A program made the position numbers and the translations under genes. A stretch of DNA of 64,000 bases from Gammaproteobacteria bacterium (lineage in GTDB: Bacteria > Pseudomonadota > Gammaproteobacteria > GCA-001735895): positions 151 through 64,150 of the forward strand of contig JBDNJA010000210.1 of the NCBI GenBank assembly GCA_041688005.1, in the 5' to 3' direction. The notes below the pieces were generated by a model. It searched no databases and was not told the origin of the DNA. It was given only the letters and a program-made list of their open reading frames with translations. Of this stretch, positions 10,559-21,139 are shown one piece after another (the stretch's first letter is position 1; each line of letters opens with the position of its first letter).

Positions 10559-11032
10559 ATCTTCGCGAGTATAATTCACGCCGTCTATCACATTGGCGTC
10601 TTTGGTGGATTTTTGTGTCGTTGTATCAGGCGGTGCGCCTACGTCCGCGTTGAATGGTGTTTGTACAAATCGTCCTGACGATATAAATGACGTCACAATT
10701 TTACGCACTAGCCAGGCTCTGGTCGGCGGCAGTAACAATAAAAAGCCAACTGCGTCGGTAAAAAATCCTGGTGTTAGCAAGAATGCGCCAGCCACGACCA
10801 ACCCCATTCCTTCAAGCATTTCCTGAGCAGGCATCTGTCCAGTTTGCATTTTGTTCTGAGCTCGCGTTAAGGTCGACACGCCTTGTATTTTAAGCAACCT
10901 AACACCGATGACAGCGGTTAGTACCACCAGTAGAATAGTCCATGGTGCACCGATTATGCCACCCACCTGAATCAGCAGAAATATTTCTACAATGGGGACC
11001 AGCAAAAATATTACCGTGATGACTGGAAACAT
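10556..11032 (-). CDS. fxsA: FxsA family inner-membrane protein
   Basis: 158 aa with an N-terminal PIVEIFLLIQVGGIIG.. motif and LTPGF.TD..G.LLLLPP.R. Confidence 0.85.
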   Translation of the reverse strand: MFPVITVIFLLVPIVEIFLLIQVGGIIGAPWTILLVVLTAVIGVRLLKIQGVSTLTRAQNKMQTGQMPAQEMLEGMGLVVAGAFLLTPGFFTDAVGFLLLLPPTRAWLVRKIVTSFISSGRFVQTPFNADVGAPPDTTTQKSTKDANVIDGVNYTRED

Positions 11033-11082
11033 ATAACCCTCGTGACTACACTAGTGACCTGTTTGGCTCGCATTCCAAATGA

Positions 11083-11143
11083 GCGGTGTATACTAATATA
11101 AGCAATTCAAAGTAAATCGCTATGCCTATTTAGTATACACCGC
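11083..11143. repeat. Perfect 14-bp inverted repeat in the fxsA/dsbD divergent intergenic region
   Basis: GCGGTGTATACTAA (11083-11096) and TTAGTATACACCGC (11130-11143) are separated by 33 nt. Confidence 0.7.
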
Positions 11144-11403
11144 ACAATACATACCAAATATATTTATTAATGATGTGTTAATAATGCGTATATATGATCG
11201 CTTTTAGATCCTTTCAATGGTTTGCTTGAAATGACAGTGTCGGTAAACGTCCTAACCCATTTTAAAAACCGAAAATAAATCTAAACATTTTGACCTAAAC
11301 ACACTCTACTAGTCCTGGATCAATTAATGCTGAATCTATTAAGGTTAGATCAACCTAATTCACTCAATATGCCTTAACTCATATATGAAATATAACCTAT
11401 AAA

Positions 11404-13899
11404 ATGATTGTTTTAAAAACCTTCAAAACAAGACCTATAGCATGGTTCTTGTCGCTCATATTGATCGCCGTAACTTCCATCGTGTCAGCCATACAAGATA
11501 ATGAATTACTGCGACCCGAGCAAGCCTTTCAGTTAACCGCTAAGGTAGAAGGCAATAGCCTGATTGCCGAGTATGACATCGCGCCTGGCTACTATATGTA
11601 CCGTAAGCGTTTCAAGTTCGACATTGAAAACGAGGGTGTAAGCTTTGCCGAGCCATTAATCCCAAAGGGTAAAGTAAAACAAGATGAATTTTTTGGCGAG
11701 GTCGAAACCTATCGGGATAGCCTTAGAATCGAGTTGCCCTTACTTATTAACGACCTCATTGACGACCCATTACTAACAACATTTAGAGTGAAAGCAACGG
11801 GACAAGGCTGCGCTGATATTGGTATCTGTTACCCACCGCTCGATCAACTATTGATTGTTTCAATCGGCTCTAATGAAACAATTAAGGCCATGCCTTATGT
11901 GGTGACATCCGTTATCGCCCAAACCAATAAGATCAATGAGTCCAATACAGCCGAAAACAGCTCAGCATTGCAAAGCTTGCTTTTGAGTAATACGAGTCAA
12001 CCAGCACAACAAAGTAGCGCTTTTTCTTCCGATTTAGCATCGAACACAAAGACCCTATCAGAGTTGCAAACGCTCGGTGATCTCATTGGTTTAAACGACG
12101 AAGAAGAAATCCCACATTCAGATAGCGCATTCATGCTAACCGCAGAATTAGCGCCGAATGACCGTGTCGATACCAACATCACTATAATACCAACCGCTTA
12201 TCTGTATCGGGACAAGGTGGACATCAAGCTGATCGGTGCCAATGGCCACTCCATTGGGCAATTAACCAAACCCGCTGGCATTGAAAAAAACGATGAGTTT
12301 TTCGGATTAACCGAGGTTTATCACGATAGCTTAAAGATCTCTATCCCAATATCTTCAACGGCCAATGCCGCTCCAGGTTATACCCTGGCTTATAGTTATC
12401 AGGGTTGTATAGAAGATCGCATTTGCTATCCACCTATTACCAAATACCTCAAGGTAAATGGCAATACCAATACGGTTACCATTTCAGATCAACCACCCCA
12501 GGCGTTGCAACCCGAAGTCAACGCTTCGACTGCTCCAGTGGCATCTCAGGAGGCATCTCAGTCGGAGCAAGGCCAATACGCACAGCTATTGCTACAAGAC
12601 AAAAGCCTTTTTCTGATTATCTGGCTATTCTTTCTGGCCGGCGTTGGGCTGACTTTTACGCCTTGCGTCTTTCCGATGATCCCTATTTTATCGAGCATTA
12701 TTGCTGGTCAGGGTGACAAGGTCAGTCCACGCAGCGCTTTTACGCTATCACTGGTTTATGTCCTCGCCATGGCGGTTACCTATGCTTTAGCCGGTGCCAT
12801 CGTTGGCTATTACGGTGCCGAGTACAATATCCAAATTTGGTTTCAGGATCCCATTGTCCTAAGTATCTTTGCCGCCATATTTATACTGCTGTCGCTATCG
12901 ATGTTTGGCTTTTACGACCTTCAAATGCCCAACGCAATTCAGAGCCGCCTCGCCTCGTTCAGCAACAAACAAGAAGGCGGTTCGTTAGTTGGTGTTGGGT
13001 TGATGGGCTTTTTCTCAGCTATTATTGTTGGCCCCTGTATTACCGCTCCCTTAGTCGGCGCGTTATTGTTTATATCCCAAACACAGGATTGGCAGTTAGG
13101 TGGTCTTGCACTGTTTGCACTGGGTATTGGCATGGGCACACCTTTGTTATTGATTGGTACATCGGCGGGTAAAATATTGCCTCGTGCCGGTGGTTGGATG
13201 GATACCGTCAAATCGGTGTTTGGTGTCGTCATGCTCGCCATGGCGATTTGGTTGCTTGAGAGAATCCTGCCAACTTCGGCCACTATGGCGCTCATTGCCA
13301 TACTGGCCATCACCTCTGCTATCTATATGGGTGCACTGGAAAAACTCCCCCAACCAGCAAGCGGCTGGCGTAAATTGTGTAAAGGCCTTGGGGTTATCCT
13401 ATTGATTTATGGTGCGGTTTATTTAATCGGTGCCGCATCTGATAGCAAAGATTTAATACAACCATTAAAGGGCATTGCCAGTGGCATGATATCTGGTAAT
13501 CTATCAAATCAAACCAATGACAATCAATCAGGTCATATTAATTTCAATCAGATTAAAGGCACTGAAGGTTTAAAAAGTGCTTTGAGTGAATCCGTGTCAG
13601 AGAACAAAGCCACCATGCTCGACTTTTATGCCGACTGGTGCATTTCCTGTAAAGAGATGGAAAAGTATGCCTTTACTCACCCCGACGTGCTGGCGTCGCT
13701 TGGTCAGGTGTCAACACTACAAGCAGATATCACTGACAACGACGCCATTGATTCGGCATTGATGAACTCGTTTGGTATTTATGGACCTCCAGCAATATTA
13801 TTTTTCGATAAAGACGGCCAGGAAATTCGCAACCGTCGAGTCGTGGGCGAAATGTCAGGAGAAGACTTTGCCGCCCATATAAACGCTACTTTTCATTAA
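11404..13899 (+). CDS. dsbD: Thiol:disulfide interchange protein DsbD with duplicated N-terminal alpha domain
   Basis: 831 aa. There are two nDsbD-like domains, each ending in QGC.....CYPP (Cys136/142 and Cys335/341). The membrane core has TPCVFPM and GPCITAP. The C-terminal thioredoxin fold has WCISC. Confidence 0.9.
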   Translation: MIVLKTFKTRPIAWFLSLILIAVTSIVSAIQDNELLRPEQAFQLTAKVEGNSLIAEYDIAPGYYMYRKRFKFDIENEGVSFAEPLIPKGKVKQDEFFGEVETYRDSLRIELPLLINDLIDDPLLTTFRVKATGQGCADIGICYPPLDQLLIVSIGSNETIKAMPYVVTSVIAQTNKINESNTAENSSALQSLLLSNTSQPAQQSSAFSSDLASNTKTLSELQTLGDLIGLNDEEEIPHSDSAFMLTAELAPNDRVDTNITIIPTAYLYRDKVDIKLIGANGHSIGQLTKPAGIEKNDEFFGLTEVYHDSLKISIPISSTANAAPGYTLAYSYQGCIEDRICYPPITKYLKVNGNTNTVTISDQPPQALQPEVNASTAPVASQEASQSEQGQYAQLLLQDKSLFLIIWLFFLAGVGLTFTPCVFPMIPILSSIIAGQGDKVSPRSAFTLSLVYVLAMAVTYALAGAIVGYYGAEYNIQIWFQDPIVLSIFAAIFILLSLSMFGFYDLQMPNAIQSRLASFSNKQEGGSLVGVGLMGFFSAIIVGPCITAPLVGALLFISQTQDWQLGGLALFALGIGMGTPLLLIGTSAGKILPRAGGWMDTVKSVFGVVMLAMAIWLLERILPTSATMALIAILAITSAIYMGALEKLPQPASGWRKLCKGLGVILLIYGAVYLIGAASDSKDLIQPLKGIASGMISGNLSNQTNDNQSGHINFNQIKGTEGLKSALSESVSENKATMLDFYADWCISCKEMEKYAFTHPDVLASLGQVSTLQADITDNDAIDSALMNSFGIYGPPAILFFDKDGQEIRNRRVVGEMSGEDFAAHINATFH

Positions 13900-13942
13900 T
13901 TTTAACCTCCACGCAAAAAAATTGGTATTTGAGTAATGGCAA

Positions 13943-14506
13943 ATGAATAAAAAGACCCTATTGCTCACCCTGGTCAGTCTTGGGTCACTATTAGCGGGTG
14001 TCGGGTTATTTTACTTATCGTCACCAGACACCAGGGTATCAACCACCGAACTGCATACAACGCCTGCAAAAAAATCAGCCGGAATTTCACTGAAAGCAAT
14101 CCCACTAACCGACTTAAATGGCAACCAGAAACTCCTCGGAAACTGGCAAGAGCCCATACTAGTTGTTAACTTCTGGGCTCCCTGGTGCGCCCCCTGCCGT
14201 GAGGAAATCCCAGCACTTATCGCATTGCAAAATGAATTTCAAGGTCAGGTTCAGGTGATTGGGCTGGCGCTCGATGGCGAAGAGAATGTTCGTAGTTTTG
14301 AATCCGAATATGGCATGAATTACCCATCCTTTCTGGCGGGCAATCAAATACCGATGTATAACGCAGCCTTCACTAACAAAAGCGGCAGTTTGCCTTTTAC
14401 CGCAATTATTAATCAGCGACGAAAAATCCATTACTCGCACACCGGCAAAATCACCTTAGATCAATTACGTGCAGAACTAGCCCCACTATTGAAAGCAGGT
14501 AGTTGA
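13943..14506 (+). CDS. TlpA/ResA-family periplasmic thioredoxin-like oxidoreductase
   Basis: 187 aa with a signal anchor and a WAPWCAPC active site. Confidence 0.85.
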   Translation: MNKKTLLLTLVSLGSLLAGVGLFYLSSPDTRVSTTELHTTPAKKSAGISLKAIPLTDLNGNQKLLGNWQEPILVVNFWAPWCAPCREEIPALIALQNEFQGQVQVIGLALDGEENVRSFESEYGMNYPSFLAGNQIPMYNAAFTNKSGSLPFTAIINQRRKIHYSHTGKITLDQLRAELAPLLKAGS

Positions 14507-14650
14507 ATCGGTCAGCAGATAACTGCAACATTGTCGACAACTTCGCTAAATAGGCAAATAACACACATAACTGGACTCTATATTCCGACTATGTGAAAAT
14601 CACCTCATCTTTACAAAAAACAAACGTTTCGACGTATATAAACTTATAAG

Positions 14651-15121
14651 ATGTCAAAAATACTGGTCATACATGGCCCAAACCTCAATATGCTTGGAAG
14701 CCGAGAACCTGAGACTTATGGTTCCGATACCCTCGCCAGCATTAACCAGGCACTAACACTGATAGCTGAACAAAATGGTGTACAGCTAAAGTCATTTCAA
14801 TCTAATACAGAAGGTGAAATTGTCAACTGCATTCAACAGGCAGTCGACAATCAATTTCAATTTATTATTATCAACCCTGCAGCTTACACACACACTAGCA
14901 TTGCCATTCGAGATGCTTTTTTAGCCACTCGTATTCCATTCATTGAAACCCATTTATCCAATGTTCATGCACGTGAAGAATTTCGAACTCATTCTTATCT
15001 GTCTGATATTGCCGTTGGCGTCATTTGTGGATTCGGTAAAAACAGTTACCTGTTAGCACTCGAAGCCGCAATTCTTCATTGCAATCAATCCAGTGCCGGC
15101 ATAGATAAACCCAATTCTTAA
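14651..15121 (+). CDS. aroQ: Type II 3-dehydroquinate dehydratase
   Basis: 156 aa with [21 protein letters not shown]. Confidence 0.95.
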   Translation: MSKILVIHGPNLNMLGSREPETYGSDTLASINQALTLIAEQNGVQLKSFQSNTEGEIVNCIQQAVDNQFQFIIINPAAYTHTSIAIRDAFLATRIPFIETHLSNVHAREEFRTHSYLSDIAVGVICGFGKNSYLLALEAAILHCNQSSAGIDKPNS

Positions 15122-15160
15122 ATAAATCAACACAAAGAAATCAATTAAGAGAATTCAATA

Positions 15161-15613
15161 ATGGATATTCGTAAAGTCAAAAAATTAATCGAACTGCTTG
15201 AAGAATCGGGCATCGCAGAACTCGAAATAAAAGAAGGTGAAGAATCAGTCCGCATTAGTCGCTATTCAGCTACAGCGCCCGTCATGCAGATGGCCGCGCC
15301 AGCCATGGCCGCAGCACCAGTCGCTGCGGCGGCGCCAAACGCAACGGCAGAGGCTGCACCAGCCGCAGCTGATATGAGTGGCCAGCAGATCAAGTCTCCT
15401 ATGGTTGGTACTTTTTATGCGTCTGCATCGCCAACATCGGGACCATTTGCCCGTGAAGGTCAAAAAGTTAAAGTCGGCGATACACTTTGCATCATCGAAG
15501 CAATGAAAATGATGAATCAAATTGAAGCCGACAAGTCAGGTACGATTCGATCAATCATGGTTGAAAACGGCAGCCCCGTTGAGTTCGATCAAGTTCTGTT
15601 CATCATCGAGTAA
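15161..15613 (+). CDS. accB: Biotin carboxyl carrier protein of acetyl-CoA carboxylase
   Basis: 150 aa with an Ala/Pro linker and the EAMKMMN biotinylation motif. Confidence 0.95.
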   Translation: MDIRKVKKLIELLEESGIAELEIKEGEESVRISRYSATAPVMQMAAPAMAAAPVAAAAPNATAEAAPAAADMSGQQIKSPMVGTFYASASPTSGPFAREGQKVKVGDTLCIIEAMKMMNQIEADKSGTIRSIMVENGSPVEFDQVLFIIE

Positions 15614-15621
15614 CAGCTAAC

Positions 15622-16965
15622 ATGTTAGAAAAAATCGTCATTGCCAATCGAGGTGAAATTGCACTTCGAATTCTACGCGCCTGCCGTGAAATGGGCATTA
15701 AAACAGTTGCTGTCCATTCCACCGCTGATCGCGATCTTAAACATGTTCGACTCGCCGATGAATCAGTCTGCATCGGGCCGCCGCCGTCGCTTCATAGTTA
15801 CCTCAATATTCCGGCTTTAATCTGTGCCGCTGAGTTGACCAATGCGTCTGCGATTCATCCTGGTTATGGTTTTTTGTCTGAAAACGCCGAGTTTGCAGAG
15901 CAGGTTGAATCAAGCGGGTTCAAATTTATTGGCCCAAGCGCAGCATCGATTCGTGTCATGGGTGACAAGGTCGCCGCGATTAAAGCGATGAAGGTGGCAG
16001 GTGTTCCGACTGTCCCTGGTTCAGATGGGCCACTCACAGAAGACTCCGAAGCAAGCCTGGCGCATGGTCGTCGAATTGGTTATCCGGTTATTATCAAAGC
16101 CGCCGGTGGTGGTGGTGGTCGAGGCATGCGCGTTGTGCATGAAGAAGAAAGTTTGCTCACCTCGATCCAATTAACCAAATCAGAAGCGGCAACGGCATTT
16201 AACAACGATGTCGTTTACATGGAAAAATTTCTGAGCTCGCCGAGGCATATCGAAATCCAGGTCATGGCTGATTCTCATGGCAATGCTATTCATCTGGGTG
16301 AGCGTGATTGCTCGATGCAACGCAGACACCAGAAAGTAGTTGAAGAAGCGCCAGCACCTGGCATCACGCCAGAACAACGAAAGAGAATTGGTGAACGTTG
16401 CGCCAATGCCTGTATCCAGATGGGCTACGAAGGCGCTGGTACTTTCGAGTTTCTATATGAGAATGATGAGTTTTATTTTATTGAGATGAATACTCGTGTA
16501 CAGGTTGAGCACCCAGTAACTGAAATGATTACTGGTGTTGACATTATCAAAGAACAAATTCTGGTCGCCTCTGGTAATCGATTGCGTTACACACAGGATG
16601 ATATTCAGTTTAAAGGGCATGCGATTGAATGCCGAATCAATGCTGAAGATTCGAAAACATTCCTGCCATCACCCGGCAAAGTCACTTTATATCATGCACC
16701 TGGAGGCGCCGGTGTACGCATGGATTCGCATATCTATAATGGTTATACCGTGCCGCCTTATTATGATTCGATGATTGGCAAGCTGATTACTTGGGGCAAT
16801 ACCCGTGAATCGGCCATTGCGCGTATGAACGGCGCTTTATCTGAAATCGTTATCGAAGGTATCAAAACCAATATCGATTTACAGAAAGATCTTTTAAGCG
16901 ACAAAAATTTCGCGGCTGGTGGCACAAACATCCACTATCTCGAAAAGAAACTGGGTCTCGACTAA
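15622..16965 (+). CDS. accC: Biotin carboxylase
   Basis: 447 aa with an ATP-grasp fold, [10 protein letters not shown], and a typical AccC sequence. Confidence 0.97.
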   Translation: MLEKIVIANRGEIALRILRACREMGIKTVAVHSTADRDLKHVRLADESVCIGPPPSLHSYLNIPALICAAELTNASAIHPGYGFLSENAEFAEQVESSGFKFIGPSAASIRVMGDKVAAIKAMKVAGVPTVPGSDGPLTEDSEASLAHGRRIGYPVIIKAAGGGGGRGMRVVHEEESLLTSIQLTKSEAATAFNNDVVYMEKFLSSPRHIEIQVMADSHGNAIHLGERDCSMQRRHQKVVEEAPAPGITPEQRKRIGERCANACIQMGYEGAGTFEFLYENDEFYFIEMNTRVQVEHPVTEMITGVDIIKEQILVASGNRLRYTQDDIQFKGHAIECRINAEDSKTFLPSPGKVTLYHAPGGAGVRMDSHIYNGYTVPPYYDSMIGKLITWGNTRESAIARMNGALSEIVIEGIKTNIDLQKDLLSDKNFAAGGTNIHYLEKKLGLD

Positions 16966-16985
16966 ACCAATTTAAGGAAGGTTCA

Positions 16986-17888
16986 ATGGCCTGGTGGCAA
17001 CTCAGCGTTCAATCTAGCGCAGCCGAGCTCGAACAAACAGAAAGTAGTTTGCTCGAGCTCGGTGCTGTTGCAATTACGCTCAGTGATGCAAAAGACGAAC
17101 CGCTATACGAACCGCTGCCCGGTGATACACCCGTTTGGCAGCATTCGATCGTCACCGGATTGTTCACCCAACAGCAGGCACTCGAAATCCTTTATGACGG
17201 TTTGATTCAGCGCCTGCCCGAACATCAAATCCATACCGCCAAAAAGACCATAGTCGATGACCAGGATTGGAGTCGGGTTCACTTACAATATTTCAAACCT
17301 ATTCAGTGCGCCGAAAAACTTTGGGTTGTGCCTAGCTGGCATGAAGCACCCGATCCATCAGCTGTTAACATTCAATTAGATCCTGGCCTGGCGTTTGGTA
17401 CGGGTGGGCATGCAACCACAGCACTTTGTTTGACCTGGTTGGGGCAGCATGACATTCAAAATCAATCAGTCATCGATTATGGATGTGGTTCTGGCATATT
17501 AGCAATTGCCGCCTACAAATTAGGGGCCTGTGAATTACATTCTGTCGATATCGATCCACAGGCACTCGACGCAAGCCGAGAAAATGCAAGACGTAATGAT
17601 ATCGATCCTACCTTACTGAATATCACTCTACCAAAAGAGTTTAAGTCAGAACCTGTCGACTTATTAATTGCAAATATTTTGTCTGGCCCTCTGGTTGAGT
17701 TTGCTCCCAGGTTCTCTGATCTGGTTAAGCCAGGTGGCCAGATTTTATTGTCTGGAATTCTGGAAACCCAGGCTAATGATATAAAACAGGCTTATCTGCC
17801 CTATTTTGAGCTCGATCCGATCTGCGTAAAAGAGGACTGGATTCGAGTATCAGGTACCAGGAAATCGCGCACAGGACAGAATGTTTAG
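16986..17888 (+). CDS. prmA: Ribosomal protein L11 methyltransferase
   Basis: 300 aa with DYGCGSGILAIAA and the conserved position after accC. Confidence 0.9.
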   Translation: MAWWQLSVQSSAAELEQTESSLLELGAVAITLSDAKDEPLYEPLPGDTPVWQHSIVTGLFTQQQALEILYDGLIQRLPEHQIHTAKKTIVDDQDWSRVHLQYFKPIQCAEKLWVVPSWHEAPDPSAVNIQLDPGLAFGTGGHATTALCLTWLGQHDIQNQSVIDYGCGSGILAIAAYKLGACELHSVDIDPQALDASRENARRNDIDPTLLNITLPKEFKSEPVDLLIANILSGPLVEFAPRFSDLVKPGGQILLSGILETQANDIKQAYLPYFELDPICVKEDWIRVSGTRKSRTGQNV

Positions 17889-18633
17889 TAGCTCGCAGCT
17901 CGGCGACATTATGGAAACCAGTTGCCGTCAGTGCAACGCGCGCTACCGCATAACTGATGACCAACTTAAAATTGCCATCGGCAAAGTCAGATGCGGTGAG
18001 TGCGGCGTGGTATTTAATGCACTTTCGTCCTTAAAAATCTATGCTGATAGTAATCAAGCAGCAAACAGTCAGCAGCAGTCGGTATCGCCCGACATACCAC
18101 ATCCAGCTAATAGTGAGCTCAGCCTGCACGAAGCAATGTATGGCGACGGGAGAGGTTCTTTTACTCAGTTTGCTCCGCTGTTATGGCTAATCGGAATTTT
18201 GTTATTACTGGTGTTTGCCATTGCTCAAGCAACCTACTATCAGCGTTACGAACTCATTAGTAACCCTCGCTACCAGCAGCAAATTTTGCAGCTGTGCGAA
18301 CTCGTCCCTTGTGCCGATTCCCAGTTTTCTAGTAGTCGTCAAATTAAACTGCTCGAGCGTAATGTATTTACTCACCCAGTGATGTCCAATGCGCTCATGG
18401 TGACAGGCTCTTTTGTAAACGAAGCGCCATTTCCCCAAAAGCTACCTAAACTGCTTGTCACGCTTTTTGACATTCAGGGTAATTTAATTGCCAACCGCCA
18501 GTTTGTGTCTGACGAGTACCTTCAACCAGGCAATGAATTGACTGGGCTGCAAAGCAACAAACCCATTCAGTTTCGACTGGAAATTCTCGATCCAGGTACA
18601 GAAGCGCTAACCTATGAATTTGAGTTTCGGTGA
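17881..18633 (+). CDS. Zinc-ribbon (MJ0042-type) / DUF3426-like membrane protein
   Basis: It has CRQCNARYRI...VRCGECGVVFNA, followed by one TM segment and a C-terminal beta-rich domain. The likely true start is METSCRQC at 17911. Confidence 0.75.
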   Translation: MFSSSQLGDIMETSCRQCNARYRITDDQLKIAIGKVRCGECGVVFNALSSLKIYADSNQAANSQQQSVSPDIPHPANSELSLHEAMYGDGRGSFTQFAPLLWLIGILLLLVFAIAQATYYQRYELISNPRYQQQILQLCELVPCADSQFSSSRQIKLLERNVFTHPVMSNALMVTGSFVNEAPFPQKLPKLLVTLFDIQGNLIANRQFVSDEYLQPGNELTGLQSNKPIQFRLEILDPGTEALTYEFEFR

Positions 18634-18849
18634 CTGTGCTGAATACCCGAACGATATAAGTCACATTAATGCCTGTATCGAAATTAAACGATATCTGAAT
18701 GCTTTAACAAACGGTATATTAGCCGTCGTCCCGACCAGACTTTTTTTGCCGGCTCTCTAAGCCAGTATCATCAGACCAAAATAGAAGGACATTATGCGCT
18801 CAATCCTAAGAGCAGAGCGAGACACCCTATTTATTAGTGATAAAAAGGC

Positions 18850-20658
18850 ATGAATTTCCAAAGACGTTTTAACCGACTTTTCCCGTTTCTGCGCTGGGGT
18901 CGCAACCTCAATAGGAGCACAGTTAAATCCGACCTGATCGCCGGTTTAACTGGCGCTGCAATTGCTCTACCCCAGGGTGTTGCCTTTGCCGCGATTGCGG
19001 GTATGCCACCGGAGTATGGTTTATATACGAGCATGGTCCCGGTCATTATCGCCGCTTTGTTTGGCTCTTCATGGCATATGGTATCAGGCCCTACCACAGC
19101 GGCCTCGATAGTCATGTTTTCGTCACTGAGTTTGATAGCAGCACCCGGTAGCGAACAATATATATCACTCGCAATTACCCTGGCATTTATGGTCGGCGTA
19201 CTTCAATTGGCAATGGGCATGGTTCGGCTGGGTGTACTGGTCAACTTTATCTCGCATTCGGTCATCGTCGGTTTCACCGCTGGCGCTGCCTGTTTAATTG
19301 CAGCAAAGCAGGCAAAGACATTCCTCGGCATAGAAATCCCGGCCAGTGATCATTTTTACCAAACCGTCATTTATCTCTGGGATAACTGGGCATCTTTTCA
19401 TCCACTGGTAATGCTTGTTGCTTTGACTACTTTAGTTGTCGGCATTATTGCCCAAAAAATCAGCCCGAGGTTTCCAGGTATGATTTTGGCACTGTTAGTT
19501 GGCAGTATCACCGCGGTAATAATTAACGCTGTTTTTGATATTGAAACCACTGGCATTCAAATGTTAGGTGCTTTACCTCAACAGTTGCCGCCACTTTCCA
19601 GTCCTCAGTTGTCATTTGATGTATTGAGGGATCTTGCACCTCTGGCACTCGCCATGACATTGTTTGGGCTAACCGAAGCCGTATCGATAGCCCGATCCAT
19701 ATCAATTAAGTCAGGGCAACCAATCGAAGGTAACCAGGAATTTATCGGCCAGGGCTTATCCAATATATTAGGTAGTTTTTTCTCGGCCTATGTGGCGACT
19801 GGATCGTTTAATCGCAGTGGAGCCAACTACGATGCAGGGGCACGCACACCACTCGCCGCTGCTTCGGCCGGCGTTCTTCTGATCGGACTGGTGCTTTTAG
19901 TAGCACCTCTCACCTCTTATTTGCCCATGGCTGCCGTTGCTGGATTATTGTTCCTCGTAGCCTGGCGTTTGATCAACTTTACACAGATTAAAAAAATCCT
20001 ACGCGCTGACAAGAATGAAGCATTAGTGTTGTGTGTAACATTCTTTAGCACGCTGTTTCTCAAGTTAGAGTTTGCAATTTTGCTGGGTGTAATGCTGTCA
20101 CTGATGTTTTTCTTACGCAAAACATCTAAACCCAAACTAGAACCTAGAGCACCCGACCCAAAAAACAGGAAGCGTAAATTCAGGCCTGGCAACAGTTTCC
20201 TTGAATGCCCTCAAATGAAAATACTACAACTGGATGATTCGCTTTATTTTGGGTCAGTATCACATGTCGGCGAATTGTTACGACGCTATCGCGAACATTA
20301 TCCAGACCAAAAGTACCTATTTCTACTGATGCAGGGCGTTAATCAAATTGACGTCGCTGGGGCAGAATTACTCGTAAATGAAGCCCATGCGAGGAAAGCT
20401 ATCGGCGGAGATATGTATATTTATCAACTAAAAGACAGTGCGATGAAAGTTCTTAACCGTGGCGGTTATATTGATGAACTCAATCCTGCGAATATTTTTG
20501 ACTCTAAAGAAGAAGCCATTACCACTATTTTTTCACGGCTAGACAGCGATATTTGTGCTACTTGTGAAAATCGAATTTTTGTCGAATGTGGTTCCGCAGC
20601 ACCGGAAAACCGAAGGCGTCGGCAAGAAGATACACCCCTTGAAGCAAATCTTCCCTAG
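18850..20658 (+). CDS. SulP-family anion transporter with C-terminal STAS domain
   Basis: 602 aa with a typical SulP N-terminus (LRGDLIAGLTGA-like: VKSDLIAGLTGAAIALPQGVAFA) and a STAS region. Confidence 0.9.
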   Translation: MNFQRRFNRLFPFLRWGRNLNRSTVKSDLIAGLTGAAIALPQGVAFAAIAGMPPEYGLYTSMVPVIIAALFGSSWHMVSGPTTAASIVMFSSLSLIAAPGSEQYISLAITLAFMVGVLQLAMGMVRLGVLVNFISHSVIVGFTAGAACLIAAKQAKTFLGIEIPASDHFYQTVIYLWDNWASFHPLVMLVALTTLVVGIIAQKISPRFPGMILALLVGSITAVIINAVFDIETTGIQMLGALPQQLPPLSSPQLSFDVLRDLAPLALAMTLFGLTEAVSIARSISIKSGQPIEGNQEFIGQGLSNILGSFFSAYVATGSFNRSGANYDAGARTPLAAASAGVLLIGLVLLVAPLTSYLPMAAVAGLLFLVAWRLINFTQIKKILRADKNEALVLCVTFFSTLFLKLEFAILLGVMLSLMFFLRKTSKPKLEPRAPDPKNRKRKFRPGNSFLECPQMKILQLDDSLYFGSVSHVGELLRRYREHYPDQKYLFLLMQGVNQIDVAGAELLVNEAHARKAIGGDMYIYQLKDSAMKVLNRGGYIDELNPANIFDSKEEAITTIFSRLDSDICATCENRIFVECGSAAPENRRRRQEDTPLEANLP

Positions 20659-20715
20659 CTAGCCAGCAATAGACTCAGCCCCTGCTTTATAAGCATGGGT
20701 TGAGTCATAAAACGG

Positions 20716-21002
20716 CTGTTTACCCGTCAGGATTATCAGTTCGCGATCAAACTCTCTTTTCACTAGCGGCAATAGGCCTGATACTCAGGGTCGTCATAGC
20801 AATTGATAGCGTCATCGTAACTCGCGAACCAAATGATCGCCTGTCGAGCGTAATGATTACGTTCACGGGCTTCAAACAAACCCTTGCCTGCGATAAATTC
20901 CGCACCATATCTCTGGGCTATTGCGCTCCAAAGTTTCGAATACTGTTTCAACGCATCGCCACCTTTAATCACCGGGCTACGCACTATTCAATAACCAGCT
21001 AT
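20716..21002 (-). pseudogene. DUF1330-like gene, apparently decayed
   Basis: Track ORF 20763..20984 (GTG start) matches the DUF1330 core (..YGAEFIAGKG....A.IIWFASYDDAINCYDDPEYQA..). Upstream in frame I read IAGY-TGA-IVRSP with no ATG. The expected C-terminal ..RELIILTGK is in the -1 frame after the TAG. Confidence 0.45.
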
Positions 21003-21139
21003 TTGAAGTTCCTTTGAAAAAATGTCGAGCGGGCATAGGCGAATCACTCGATCTGCATCAAGATACTGCCTGCGCAGCTGGTTGAATTAACAATTGTTAG
21101 CTATAGTCCGCTTCTTCAATAAAACCAGCCCTTCTTTCT

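Noticed and set aside
18794-18853. 19-codon upstream ORF (MRSILRAERDTLFISDKKA) overlapping the SulP start as a leader peptide
   Set aside because: It is short with a weak RBS, and nothing in the sequence supports attenuation structures.
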